From Candidatus Methanoperedens sp. (GTDB taxonomy: Archaea > Halobacteriota > Methanosarcinia > Methanosarcinales > Methanoperedenaceae), in NCBI GenBank assembly GCA_027460535.1, contig JAPZAR010000031.1, positions 60,001 to 92,000 on the forward strand: 32,000 nucleotides of DNA, given 5' to 3'. Every line of letters begins with the position of its first letter. Within the stretch, counting starts at the first letter, position 1. Made by a program: the position numbers and the translations under genes. Below are positions 1 through 8,674 of the stretch, piece after piece. The notes beneath the pieces were generated by a model. It was given only the letters and a program-made list of their open reading frames with translations, was not told the origin of the DNA and did not search any database.

Positions 1-54
1 AGGTTTTTAGCAGCAAGTTAAATTTTCTGATGATATAAAAGGAACTCTGCCCCT

Positions 55-225
55 TCAAGAAGAGCAACATCGGGCCTCACTCGTGCAATTGAAAGAGATG
101 TTTCGCACTGATATTATGAAAATAATAAAAATGAGAATCCCTAATCCAGCAGTTACGGGCCACCAATTTAATTCCCAAGCAATCGCTCCTATAGCAATTA
201 TAGATATGATGGTAATCGTCGACAT
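55..225 (-). CDS. hypothetical small membrane protein (56 aa, below the ORF-track cutoff)
   Basis: Hand translation of the minus strand gives ATG 225-223 then MSTITIISIIAIGAIAWELNWWPVTAGLGILIFIIFIISVRN..., with TGA at 57-55. There are two hydrophobic stretches. I recognise no homology. Confidence 0.3.
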   Translation of the reverse strand: MSTITIISIIAIGAIAWELNWWPVTAGLGILIFIIFIISVRNISFNCTSEARCCSS

Positions 226-478
226 CTTTCCCACGACACCCGACCTAACTTAATGCGACCCACAGACTCCGATCCTATCCCAAATTTCTCTAGTATTTCA
301 AACATATCCATAGATAATATCCAGTTCTTTATCTTTGTTTACCATTATTAGCGTTTTGGATAAGATAGTGGTATCTTTTTATGGCTCAGAACTTTCCTCA
401 CTTTCACTCCGCTCTCCTAACCCTTTTTAACCCTTACGCCCTCTTTACTATCCATGAACTTTAACAAAGGGAAATAAC

Positions 479-1327
479 ATGGATTCAAAAGAAGCGCTGG
501 TAGTTTTCGAGGGAGCTAAAATAAGACGAACATGGCACGATAACCAGTGGTATTTCTCAGTGGTTGATATCGTTGGAGCTTTGACAGACAGCGTTGATGC
601 AAAAGACTACTGGTACAGGCTGAAAAAAAGAGAATTGGAGTCAAGCGGAATCGAGTTATCGACAATTTGTCGACAACTGAAAATACAATCATCTGACGGT
701 AAGAAATACGAAACTGATTGCGCAAACACTGAATCCATGTTCAGGATAATCCAGTCTATCCCCTCAAAAAAAGCAGAGCCGTTCAAACGATGGCTGGCAA
801 AAGTAGGATACGAAAGGATACAGGAAATAGAAAATCCCGAACTGGCGCAGGACAGGGCGAAAGAGTATTATGAACTCAAAGGATATCCAGAAGACTGGAT
901 AGAAAAAAGGCTACGGGGGATAGCCATCAGGCAAGAGCTTACTGATGAATGGGAAGAAAGAGGGGTTGCTGAAAAAAGAGATTTTGCGATCCTCACAAAT
1001 GAGATTTCCAAAGCAACTTTCGGAAAATCGATCAAGGAACATAGAAAAATAAAAAACCTGGACCCCGCGAATAAAAACCAGAACCTGAGAGACCACATGA
1101 CTGACCTGGAATTGATTTTCTCCATGCTTGGAGAGAAATCAACAACAGAAATCACCAGATCCAGGGACTCCAAAGGATTTGAAGAGTGCCTTGACTCTTC
1201 AGAAGAGGGCGGGAAGATCGCAGGGAATGCAAGGAAAGAGCTTGAGATGAAAACAGGGAGAAAAGTGGTAAGTTCTGAGAATTTTCTATGTATCACAGGG
1301 AAAAAAGAAAATCAGAAGTTGAAATAA
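479..1327 (+). CDS. Bro-N domain / DinD-like (DNA-damage-inducible protein D family) protein
   Basis: The N-terminus (FEGAKIRRTWHDNQWYFSVVDIVGALT) fits the Bro-N/KilA-N-like pattern. The C-terminal part (NQNLRDHMTDLELIFSMLGEKSTTEI) resembles the E. coli DinD segment KILDHMGSTELAANLFRATQTEE, from memory. It lies 93 nt upstream of mre11 on the same strand. Confidence 0.7.
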   Translation: MDSKEALVVFEGAKIRRTWHDNQWYFSVVDIVGALTDSVDAKDYWYRLKKRELESSGIELSTICRQLKIQSSDGKKYETDCANTESMFRIIQSIPSKKAEPFKRWLAKVGYERIQEIENPELAQDRAKEYYELKGYPEDWIEKRLRGIAIRQELTDEWEERGVAEKRDFAILTNEISKATFGKSIKEHRKIKNLDPANKNQNLRDHMTDLELIFSMLGEKSTTEITRSRDSKGFEECLDSSEEGGKIAGNARKELEMKTGRKVVSSENFLCITGKKENQKLK

Positions 1328-1419
1328 TGACTTATGATATCAGAAATCATCATAACAAAATCCTCTCTTCCGTCCATCTCCCACAACAATTTTTAACCAT
1401 AACGACCTTTTAACAATCC

Positions 1420-2703
1420 ATGAACTTCATCCATGCAAGTGATTTTCATCTGGGGTATGCACAATATGGTCTCCTCGAGCGTTTCCAGGACTATGCCCGC
1501 GCCTTCAGAACGGTCATTCAGTACGCAATCGACCACAAAGCAGATTTCATACTCATTTCTGGCGACCTTTTCCATAAAAGAAACATAAACGCACCCACCT
1601 ATGAGCAAGCTTATAAAGTTCTCTCTGAACTCAAAGCAAAGAGCCCATCCACACAGGTCTATGCCATAGAAGGGAACCACGACCTCGCTTTCCACCAGGA
1701 TGGGAAGAGCTGGCTTGAGATACTGAATTCCCAGGGTCTGTTAAGGCTCATAAGGTTGAAAGAGGCTGAGGGCCTTAAATACATGGGGGATTTTGTTGAG
1801 CTGGATAATGCACGCATCTTTGGTGTAAAATACCTTGGCTCAAGCACAGTCTCCGTAATCCCCAAGATGGCAGAAGAGATAAAACAAATAACGACAGCGC
1901 GCGGTGAAAAATTCACAATACTTATGATGCACTTTGGCATGGAAGGACAGGCAAAGCAGGAGGCTGCAGGCGAGATCCCTTATACGTCTCTTTTGCCCCT
2001 GAAAGACGCGGTAAATTACCTTGCCCTTGGACATTATCACATGAACTACGAATTCGATGGCTGGGTTTTCAATCCCGGCAGCGTGGAAATGATATCCATG
2101 AACGAATACGATCTGCCCAAGGGCTTCTATCATGTCAGGGATAGCGGCGCGAAACTGATTACTCCCATGACCCGTTCTGTCAGGCGAATCAAGCTCGACA
2201 TGAGTGGCATCGCATCGCCTGATGAGCTTTATTCCAAAATAGGGGAAAAACTTGAAACCGAGCGGACGCTCCAGCAGGGGTCACTGATAGAACTTCTGCT
2301 TTATGGCGATATGGGTTTTCCGAAGTCTGATGTCAACCTTGAGCGAATAAAGGACATGCTTTCAGAACAGTTCAAACCGCTCTGGTCTGAAATAAGGATC
2401 AATAAAAGCAACTCCCCTTACACCCTCAATCCAGGGGATGTGCGCGGTCTCACGCGAGAGCAGATTGAGCATCGCGTCTTTTCAGACAGGGTAAAACTTG
2501 ACAGCAGGTATAGGGACAATATTGATGAAATAGTGAAGAACATGGTCGAAGTAAAGAAGTTGGTCTCTGCAGGTATCGAGCCGGCTGCCATCCAGAAAGA
2601 ACTGAGATGGGGATTTGAAATAATAAAAAGCAGAGGAAAAGAAAATGAAGGTAAGGCGGAAATACCGCAGCAGACCCTTCTCTCGCGTATAGGGGATGCT
2701 TAA
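1420..2703 (+). CDS. mre11: Mre11 nuclease (calcineurin-like phosphoesterase)
   Basis: Phosphoesterase motifs are present in order: DFHLG, GDLFH, GNHD, MMHFG, GHYH. The stop overlaps the rad50 start (TAATG at 2701-2705). Confidence 0.9.
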   Translation: MNFIHASDFHLGYAQYGLLERFQDYARAFRTVIQYAIDHKADFILISGDLFHKRNINAPTYEQAYKVLSELKAKSPSTQVYAIEGNHDLAFHQDGKSWLEILNSQGLLRLIRLKEAEGLKYMGDFVELDNARIFGVKYLGSSTVSVIPKMAEEIKQITTARGEKFTILMMHFGMEGQAKQEAAGEIPYTSLLPLKDAVNYLALGHYHMNYEFDGWVFNPGSVEMISMNEYDLPKGFYHVRDSGAKLITPMTRSVRRIKLDMSGIASPDELYSKIGEKLETERTLQQGSLIELLLYGDMGFPKSDVNLERIKDMLSEQFKPLWSEIRINKSNSPYTLNPGDVRGLTREQIEHRVFSDRVKLDSRYRDNIDEIVKNMVEVKKLVSAGIEPAAIQKELRWGFEIIKSRGKENEGKAEIPQQTLLSRIGDA

Positions 2704-5021
2704 TGCTTATCAGATCGGTAGAATTGAAAAATATTAAATCATACCGCCATGGGACTATCGAGTTCGGGGAAGGCATAAACGGCATTTGCGGCCAGAATGG
2801 GCATGGGAAGACAACGCTCCTGGAAGCGATAGGATACGTTCTGTTCGATTACCTCCCGTACAGCGAAAAGGAGTTCAGACGGCGCGGAGAGAGCCAGGCT
2901 TATGTTTCTGTGGAAGTGCTGGCAAAAGGTGAAACATTCACGCTCACAAGGAAACTCGGCAGCGAATACAGCGTAAGAGGACCGAATACGAATATTACGG
3001 GGAAAAAAGACGTGCTCACCTGGATAGTGAATAACCTGTTCCCGCTTTCAAACCACGAAGAGCTACCCGGTATTTTTGAAAACGCCGTCGGAGTACCGCA
3101 GGGCATGTTCACGGCCGCCTTTATGGAATCACCGGCAAAACGTCAGAAAACATTTGACGAGATACTTAAAGTGGAGGAGTACAGGAAAGCGTATGATAAC
3201 CTGAGAGAAACGATGGCATTGATCGAAGAGGGCATCAATCATATTGAAAATGAGATCAGTGGACTGCGGATCAGGACCGAGAACTATGGGCAAAAGAAGA
3301 CAGAGAGGGACAATCTGAAAGAAAACATAGGCGTTCTAAAAAGTTTTCTGAAAGATTGCAGCGAGAAATTTACCACCTCAAAAAATACACTTGAAGCGCT
3401 GAAAAAACAGAAAGAAATCCTTGAGAGTCTTAAGAATGAGATAACCCAGATGGCTGCAAAATTAGAAGGACTAAAACAGCAATTCAAGACGGCCAAAGAG
3501 GAATTAGGTAAATCTGAAGAAGCGCAGAAGTTATTATCCGGCCTTCTTGAAATGAAAGAAAAGTATGAGGAAGTCAGGAAGAAACTGGACGGACTCGATA
3601 ATATGCGCAGAGAGCGAGATGTTCATTTAAATAAATTTAATGAAATTCAAAAAGATCTATCTCTGCTTAACGAAAAGAAATCTCGCATGGATCTGTTGGG
3701 GAAAGAAGTCGAGAAAAAAACTGCGGAAAAGAACGCCCTTCTGCCCCTTATTAATGACCAGATCGAACTTGAAAGAAAAATCGAGGGAACAAATCAGGAG
3801 CGCGCCATAGCTGTTAAAGAAATCAATGATATAAAAAGCAGGATGGTCCTGGCAGGTTCTGAGAACATCTGTCCTGTCATAAAGGGGATAAAATGCAGTT
3901 CTGTAAAGGATTTTTCTTCTTATTTCAGAGAGCAGCTTGAAGAGGCTGAAATGAACCTTAAATCTGCTGTGAATTCCCTCAAAGTCCTGGAATCACAGTT
4001 AAAGGCTCTCGGAGATCCCCGCAGTAAGGTGAATGGTCTTGACATGCTTATCAGACGGGGAACAGAGGATGCTGCAAAATTGAGCAAAGAGATAGGAATA
4101 ATACCTGAAAAAGAGAATGCTGCGAATGCACTTAAGACAGAATTGGAAAAATATGGGACCCTTGATAGCGATATGTCAGCAGCAAAAAACCAGATAAAGG
4201 AGCTTGAGCCCTTTTACCAGAAATACCTGCAGAACCAGTCTTCCGCTGCAAGGTTCATGGAACACAAAAAAGAGTGCGAGAGGCTGCATAATGTAATTTC
4301 AGATTTTGAAGATAGACTCAAGGGTCTGGGGAAACGGAATAACGAATTATGTAATGGCTTTAGCGAAGAGGAACTTGTGCGTATACAGCGTTTGCATGAA
4401 GAGCTCGGAACAAAGGTAAGGGGTTATCAAGTTGAGATCAGAGAGAAAGATGGGCAGTTGCAGAAGCTGAATAAAGAAATTCTTGAAATTGAAAAGTATC
4501 TTACTGGCATCGCAGAACTTGAATCCAGGCTTGAGAATGAGAAGCGATTCAGGGAATACGCGAAGTTTGTCCGCGAGACGCTTCGCGATTCCGGACAGCA
4601 TATAGTTCTTGAGCTCATCGGGGAGATAAGTGAAGAGGCAAACAGCCTTTACTGTGCAATCATGGACGACTTCTCACAGGAATTGCACTGGGGTAACGAT
4701 TACGGGATTAGATTGAGGGATAGCGGTGAGGATAAGAATTTCCAGCAGCTAAGCGGTGGCGAGAAGATGGGGGCAGCGCTTGCGGTGCGTCTTGCGCTCC
4801 TGAAGATGCTTTCAAATTCAGATTTTGTATTCCTTGACGAGCCAACTCAGAACATGGATGAGATACGGAGAGAGAATCTCTCTGAGCAGATAATGAACAT
4901 CAGGGGCTTCAAGCAGATCTTTGTTATTTCGCATGACGATACTTTCAACGAGAAATACTCGCACGTTGTGAAAATTGAAAAAATAGATGGCGAAAGCCGG
5001 GTTGTGTCATGCTCGACTTGA
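2703..5021 (+). CDS. rad50: Rad50 SMC-like ATPase (short form, 772 aa)
   Basis: Walker A GQNGHGKTT, long Lys/Glu-rich heptad-like middle, signature LSGGEKMGAALAVRLAL, Walker B FVFLDEPT and H-loop ISHDD. A central Cys pair sits at residues 390/398. Confidence 0.9.
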   Translation: MLIRSVELKNIKSYRHGTIEFGEGINGICGQNGHGKTTLLEAIGYVLFDYLPYSEKEFRRRGESQAYVSVEVLAKGETFTLTRKLGSEYSVRGPNTNITGKKDVLTWIVNNLFPLSNHEELPGIFENAVGVPQGMFTAAFMESPAKRQKTFDEILKVEEYRKAYDNLRETMALIEEGINHIENEISGLRIRTENYGQKKTERDNLKENIGVLKSFLKDCSEKFTTSKNTLEALKKQKEILESLKNEITQMAAKLEGLKQQFKTAKEELGKSEEAQKLLSGLLEMKEKYEEVRKKLDGLDNMRRERDVHLNKFNEIQKDLSLLNEKKSRMDLLGKEVEKKTAEKNALLPLINDQIELERKIEGTNQERAIAVKEINDIKSRMVLAGSENICPVIKGIKCSSVKDFSSYFREQLEEAEMNLKSAVNSLKVLESQLKALGDPRSKVNGLDMLIRRGTEDAAKLSKEIGIIPEKENAANALKTELEKYGTLDSDMSAAKNQIKELEPFYQKYLQNQSSAARFMEHKKECERLHNVISDFEDRLKGLGKRNNELCNGFSEEELVRIQRLHEELGTKVRGYQVEIREKDGQLQKLNKEILEIEKYLTGIAELESRLENEKRFREYAKFVRETLRDSGQHIVLELIGEISEEANSLYCAIMDDFSQELHWGNDYGIRLRDSGEDKNFQQLSGGEKMGAALAVRLALLKMLSNSDFVFLDEPTQNMDEIRRENLSEQIMNIRGFKQIFVISHDDTFNEKYSHVVKIEKIDGESRVVSCST

Positions 5022-6154
5022 AAAGCATCTCAGACCAGTTCGACACCAGGCTTTCTGCGATAAAATCGTATGACATCGAGCGATCTGCACTATCAGAAGA
5101 ATATAGAACTGAACTAAATAAGCTGATGGTCCTTGACCTTTCGATCAATGAAGGCCTGCCTCCTTATTGCGGGGCTAAGCCCCTTGAACCAGGAAAACTC
5201 ATCAGGATTTTTCCTTTCAACTGGAAAAACAGGCATGATGCCATTGATTGGGTGGATACCGTGCTTTCAGGGATTGCAGTAGGAGGAGTGGATGGAAGCC
5301 AGATATATTCTGACAAGAACTACGAGATACCCATGGCTGTCATACAAACCTCGCGCATTTTGAACAGGCACACTTCAAAAAGTGACTACAAGGAAGAAAT
5401 AGAGGCCGATATCATCACGCCCGATGAATTCGAAGCCGCAAGCGTATATTCATTCGGCAGTGAATACGTCGATGCGCGCAGGTTCGCATCGGAATGCGAT
5501 AGCATCATACGTCTCATGAAACACGATAAACCCTGCATCCTGCTGGACGGCGCACTTATCCTTTCCCATATCAATGTCCTGAACCGGAATATAAGGGAGA
5601 TATATGTCAGATCGATCACGAAACTGCTTGAAGCCTCGGAAAGCACGCGCTCCCCTGTTATGGGATTCATCGACACTACGATGCCGCGCGATATCACCCT
5701 TATGATGCATTTCCTTTTTGGACTAAAAAAAAGCAAGCTCTCCGACACACATCTTTTTTCGCACCTATTATGGGGAGAGAGGACGGCTGCTTTTCTCTGC
5801 GACAGGGATGACAGGAGAGGAGATGAAGCAAAATCGGTACTTGACAACTACGGCAGGCACAGGGATGAGATAGGCTTCTTTTATATGAGAGTCAGCAACG
5901 GTCTTCCCGCGCGCGTGGAATTTCCTGCCTGGGTCTATCGTGATGGTTTAGTTGACAAAATTGCGGATATTATCCGTGCCGAATGCGTTATCCGCGGCAA
6001 TTATCCCGATATCCTTATGCGCGCGCATGAAGCTGCGCTGATACGGATGAGCGAGCATGACCTATTCTATGGAATGCTTGAGAATTTTTGCAGGGTGCAC
6101 GGGATCAAGATCAATAAGAGCGCAAAACATTTTCATAAGATGATGAACAGGTGA
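5009..6154 (+). CDS. nurA: NurA-type 5'-3' nuclease
   Basis: Overlaps the rad50 3' end by 13 nt. About 380 aa, with a GGVDGSQ motif resembling the catalytic Asp motif of NurA. It sits in the operon position between rad50 and herA. Confidence 0.7.
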   Translation: MLDLKSISDQFDTRLSAIKSYDIERSALSEEYRTELNKLMVLDLSINEGLPPYCGAKPLEPGKLIRIFPFNWKNRHDAIDWVDTVLSGIAVGGVDGSQIYSDKNYEIPMAVIQTSRILNRHTSKSDYKEEIEADIITPDEFEAASVYSFGSEYVDARRFASECDSIIRLMKHDKPCILLDGALILSHINVLNRNIREIYVRSITKLLEASESTRSPVMGFIDTTMPRDITLMMHFLFGLKKSKLSDTHLFSHLLWGERTAAFLCDRDDRRGDEAKSVLDNYGRHRDEIGFFYMRVSNGLPARVEFPAWVYRDGLVDKIADIIRAECVIRGNYPDILMRAHEAALIRMSEHDLFYGMLENFCRVHGIKINKSAKHFHKMMNR

Positions 6155-6158
6155 TACG

Positions 6159-6671
6159 ATGGTATTAGGAGACATAATCAGGGTGGAAAATGCAAATACA
6201 TATCTTGTAAAAATCCCGCCTGATGCTAAAAAAGAACACATAGGCAGGCTTGTTAAAATAGAAAAGGAGGACGGGATCATTGTGGGTGTGATAAAAAACA
6301 TCTCGCACACTATTCGCGAGGAGCTTATTCCTTATATCGAGCCGGACATGCAGCCAAAATATGCTCCTTTTAATGAGGATTTCAGCAACAGCTACTATAT
6401 CGTTCACGGACTTGGAGTAATACGTAATGGGATTGTGAAATATGATATAGACTCGCCGCCTGATATAAGGGATAAACTTGAGATCTTAAGTCCTGATGAA
6501 CTCAGGGCATTCCATACCAACAACGGCAAACCCAGCGCCTCATATTTCCATACCAGCAGGGAGATGCTTGATAAAAGGATCCTTCTCTGCATTGCGGAGC
6601 AGGTGGAGGAGCAGTATCCTGAATGCAGCGCAATGATGAGGCTTGTTAAGAAACATATAGAGAGGGATTAA
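6159..6671 (+). CDS. small operon-embedded protein (170 aa), possible beta-barrel (HAS-barrel-like) N-terminus
   Basis: Starts 4 nt after the nurA stop and ends 1 nt before the herA ATG. The N-terminus (GDIIRVENANTYLVKIPPDAKKEHIGRLVKIEKEDGIIVGVIKNI) has the alternating beta pattern seen at HerA N-termini. The function call is inference only. Confidence 0.55.
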   Translation: MVLGDIIRVENANTYLVKIPPDAKKEHIGRLVKIEKEDGIIVGVIKNISHTIREELIPYIEPDMQPKYAPFNEDFSNSYYIVHGLGVIRNGIVKYDIDSPPDIRDKLEILSPDELRAFHTNNGKPSASYFHTSREMLDKRILLCIAEQVEEQYPECSAMMRLVKKHIERD

Positions 6672-8240
6672 ATGCTCGGGACGGTCAACAATTCGAATGA
6701 AGAGGGGTTCACATTTATATCAAAGGAGCGGCTGCCCGCAGGGATGTTCGTTTGTTATGATGAGGCAGCAAAAAAGATATTGTGCAGGGTGAAATGCGCC
6801 GAGCCCCTCAACCAGTACCCGCAGGAGTTCCTTATGGATATGGAGCTTTCAGCGGATGATATATCGGAATTTTATGGCCTTGACCCGGAGGACTTCAAGT
6901 ACTTTTCCTATGCGGCATCCGTTATCGGTCATTTCGATGATGAAATGGGCGAGTTCGTAAATCCAAGGACAAATCCAGCAATCGGTGTGAAAATAGAACG
7001 TGCCGGCAGGGAAGTACTGAATGATATAAGCAAAGTACAGAAAGGGACAACAGGATCAGCATTTATAGGAAATGTTCTGGGCGCGGAAACAGGAATAGTG
7101 TTATCGGTCCGGGATATCGTGAGCCAGCACGTGTCAATCATCGCTTCCACCGGAGCGGGTAAATCATATACTGTCGGGGTTCTCGTTGAAGAACTGCTGA
7201 AACCCTGCAACATGGCGCCAGTGCTGATATTCGACCCCCATGGAGAATATTCTTCGCTTGGTGAAGTCCAGAACATGGCCGAATTCATCACCGTTTCATA
7301 TCGTCCGAAGGTCAGGATCGTTAAACCGGATAATATAAAAATCCGTATCAGTGACCTCCTGGTCAGCGATTTCATCAGCATAATGGACGACGGCACCATG
7401 TCGGATAAGATGAAGACGCTTTTTCGGTCCGCATATCACAACTTGAAGAACAGCAGCAAGAAAAAGTTCACGCGTAATGAATTGAAGCAGGAGATAGAAG
7501 CGTTGCGCGACTCGAACAACGAGCCCACGATCGAAGGCATCCTATGGAGGTTCGGGAAGCTTTACGCCAGCATATTCGACGACTTCCAGACCATTCCGCT
7601 TGCTGAATATTTCAAAGTGGGACAGCTTACGATCATGGATGTTTCTGGCATCGAAGAGACCTTCCAGCAGATGATCGCCTCTGTGATGCTTCGCAGATTA
7701 TTCGATGCGCGGGAGGGCACTGAGAACAATCGGTATAATGAGACACATGTGGATAAGTTCCTTCCGTATCCTGTCTTCGTGGTCATAGAAGAGGCGCACA
7801 GGTTCGCGCCTCACAGCGGGGAGGCAAAATCAAAGAGCGTCCTGAAGACCATACTTTCTGAGGGAAGGAAGTTCGGCATTGGTGTTTGCCTCGTCTCCCA
7901 GCGGCCGAGCAAACTGGATGCTGATTCGCTCTCGCAGTGTATGACCCAGATCACGATGCGGATAATCAACCCCACCGACCAGCAGCAGATTGCCCAGAGC
8001 ATCGAATCGGCAAGCAGGGATTTAATCTCGGAGTTACCTTCCCTTGCGAAAGGCCAGGCAATAATCTCAGGAGTGGCGATAAATACGCCGACCCTAGTGA
8101 GGATAAGGAAGAGGCTAACGAGCGATGTCAAAGGGAGGAGCAAGGATGCTCCCTCGCTGTGGGCGGCGCAGAGGGAGTATGAGGAGAAGCATGAGGTGCC
8201 GGAAGTCAGAGCGGATGAGGAGATGGATATTGGGGTGTGA
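6672..8240 (+). CDS. herA: HerA-type hexameric ATPase/helicase (FtsK-HerA superfamily)
   Basis: Walker A ASTGAGKSYTVG, Walker B VFVVIEEAHRF and arginine-finger region SQRPSKLD. Also supported by operon context with nurA, mre11 and rad50. Confidence 0.85.
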   Translation: MLGTVNNSNEEGFTFISKERLPAGMFVCYDEAAKKILCRVKCAEPLNQYPQEFLMDMELSADDISEFYGLDPEDFKYFSYAASVIGHFDDEMGEFVNPRTNPAIGVKIERAGREVLNDISKVQKGTTGSAFIGNVLGAETGIVLSVRDIVSQHVSIIASTGAGKSYTVGVLVEELLKPCNMAPVLIFDPHGEYSSLGEVQNMAEFITVSYRPKVRIVKPDNIKIRISDLLVSDFISIMDDGTMSDKMKTLFRSAYHNLKNSSKKKFTRNELKQEIEALRDSNNEPTIEGILWRFGKLYASIFDDFQTIPLAEYFKVGQLTIMDVSGIEETFQQMIASVMLRRLFDAREGTENNRYNETHVDKFLPYPVFVVIEEAHRFAPHSGEAKSKSVLKTILSEGRKFGIGVCLVSQRPSKLDADSLSQCMTQITMRIINPTDQQQIAQSIESASRDLISELPSLAKGQAIISGVAINTPTLVRIRKRLTSDVKGRSKDAPSLWAAQREYEEKHEVPEVRADEEMDIGV

Positions 8241-8585
8241 GATTGGGGGATGGATGTGGGTGGAAGGGAGGGATTGTGCGGGATATTTTTAAAAGCAGTT
8301 GATATAGGCCTTGTGACCTTAAGTCCGGGGTTTGTGATTAATAATAGCTTTAATACGACTTCACCCTAATTCTGTGCGGCGCGCCGCAAAAAAAGTCAAG
8401 CAGCTTCCATGACCAAATCCTCAAGCATTAGTGTCTAGATACCTATCAAATTTTAATTCAAGGTCGTAACGTGTGCCTTAAAATAGACGAGAAAAAGCCA
8501 AACAACAGCCCACACCCGTAACAAACCCCCCCTAAAAATGCAAACCTCAGCCCCTTCACCACATGCTCCAAATCCCACCGTGCAT

Positions 8586-8647
8586 CTCCGCGAAGTGCGC
8601 AATTCCCCGGCAGCCGCGATCCTGAGCACAGGCGAACCGGAAGTCGC
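8586..8647 (+). repeat. GC-rich direct repeat, copy 1 (62 nt), at the 3' side of fic
   Basis: CTCCGCGAAGTGC[gcaattc]CCCGGCAGCCGCGATCCTGAGCACAGGCGAACCGGAAGTCGC. It matches copy 2 at 10272-10326 apart from a 7-nt indel and one G/A mismatch. Confidence 0.85.
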
Positions 8648-8674
8648 AGGAGGTGATCGATATACTATTCCTGG

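Noticed and set aside
868-7786. Numerous 60-156 aa minus-strand ORFs inside the dinD-like, mre11, rad50, nurA and herA genes (for example 868-1296, 5386-5847, 6929-7399)
   Set aside because: All are antisense to genes with strong motif support. They are typical shadow ORFs of Lys/Glu-rich coding sequence.
8351-8387. TAATACGACT (first 10 nt of the T7 promoter consensus), followed 15 nt later by the palindrome GCGGCGCGCCGC containing an AscI site. This hints at vector or synthetic DNA.
   Set aside because: The T7 match breaks after 10 nt (TAATACGACTtCACcCTAat). A 10-mer plus one 8-nt palindrome is compatible with chance, and the surrounding sequence is ordinary intergenic DNA. The palindrome has no loop, and an A-run rather than a T-run follows it, so I do not call it a terminator either.
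8648-8658. Perfect extended SD AGGAGGTGATC on the plus strand
   Set aside because: No ATG, GTG or TTG lies within the next ~15 nt. It sits at the edge of repeat copy 1 and is convergent with the fic 3' end. It is probably fortuitous or part of the repeat-flank structure.
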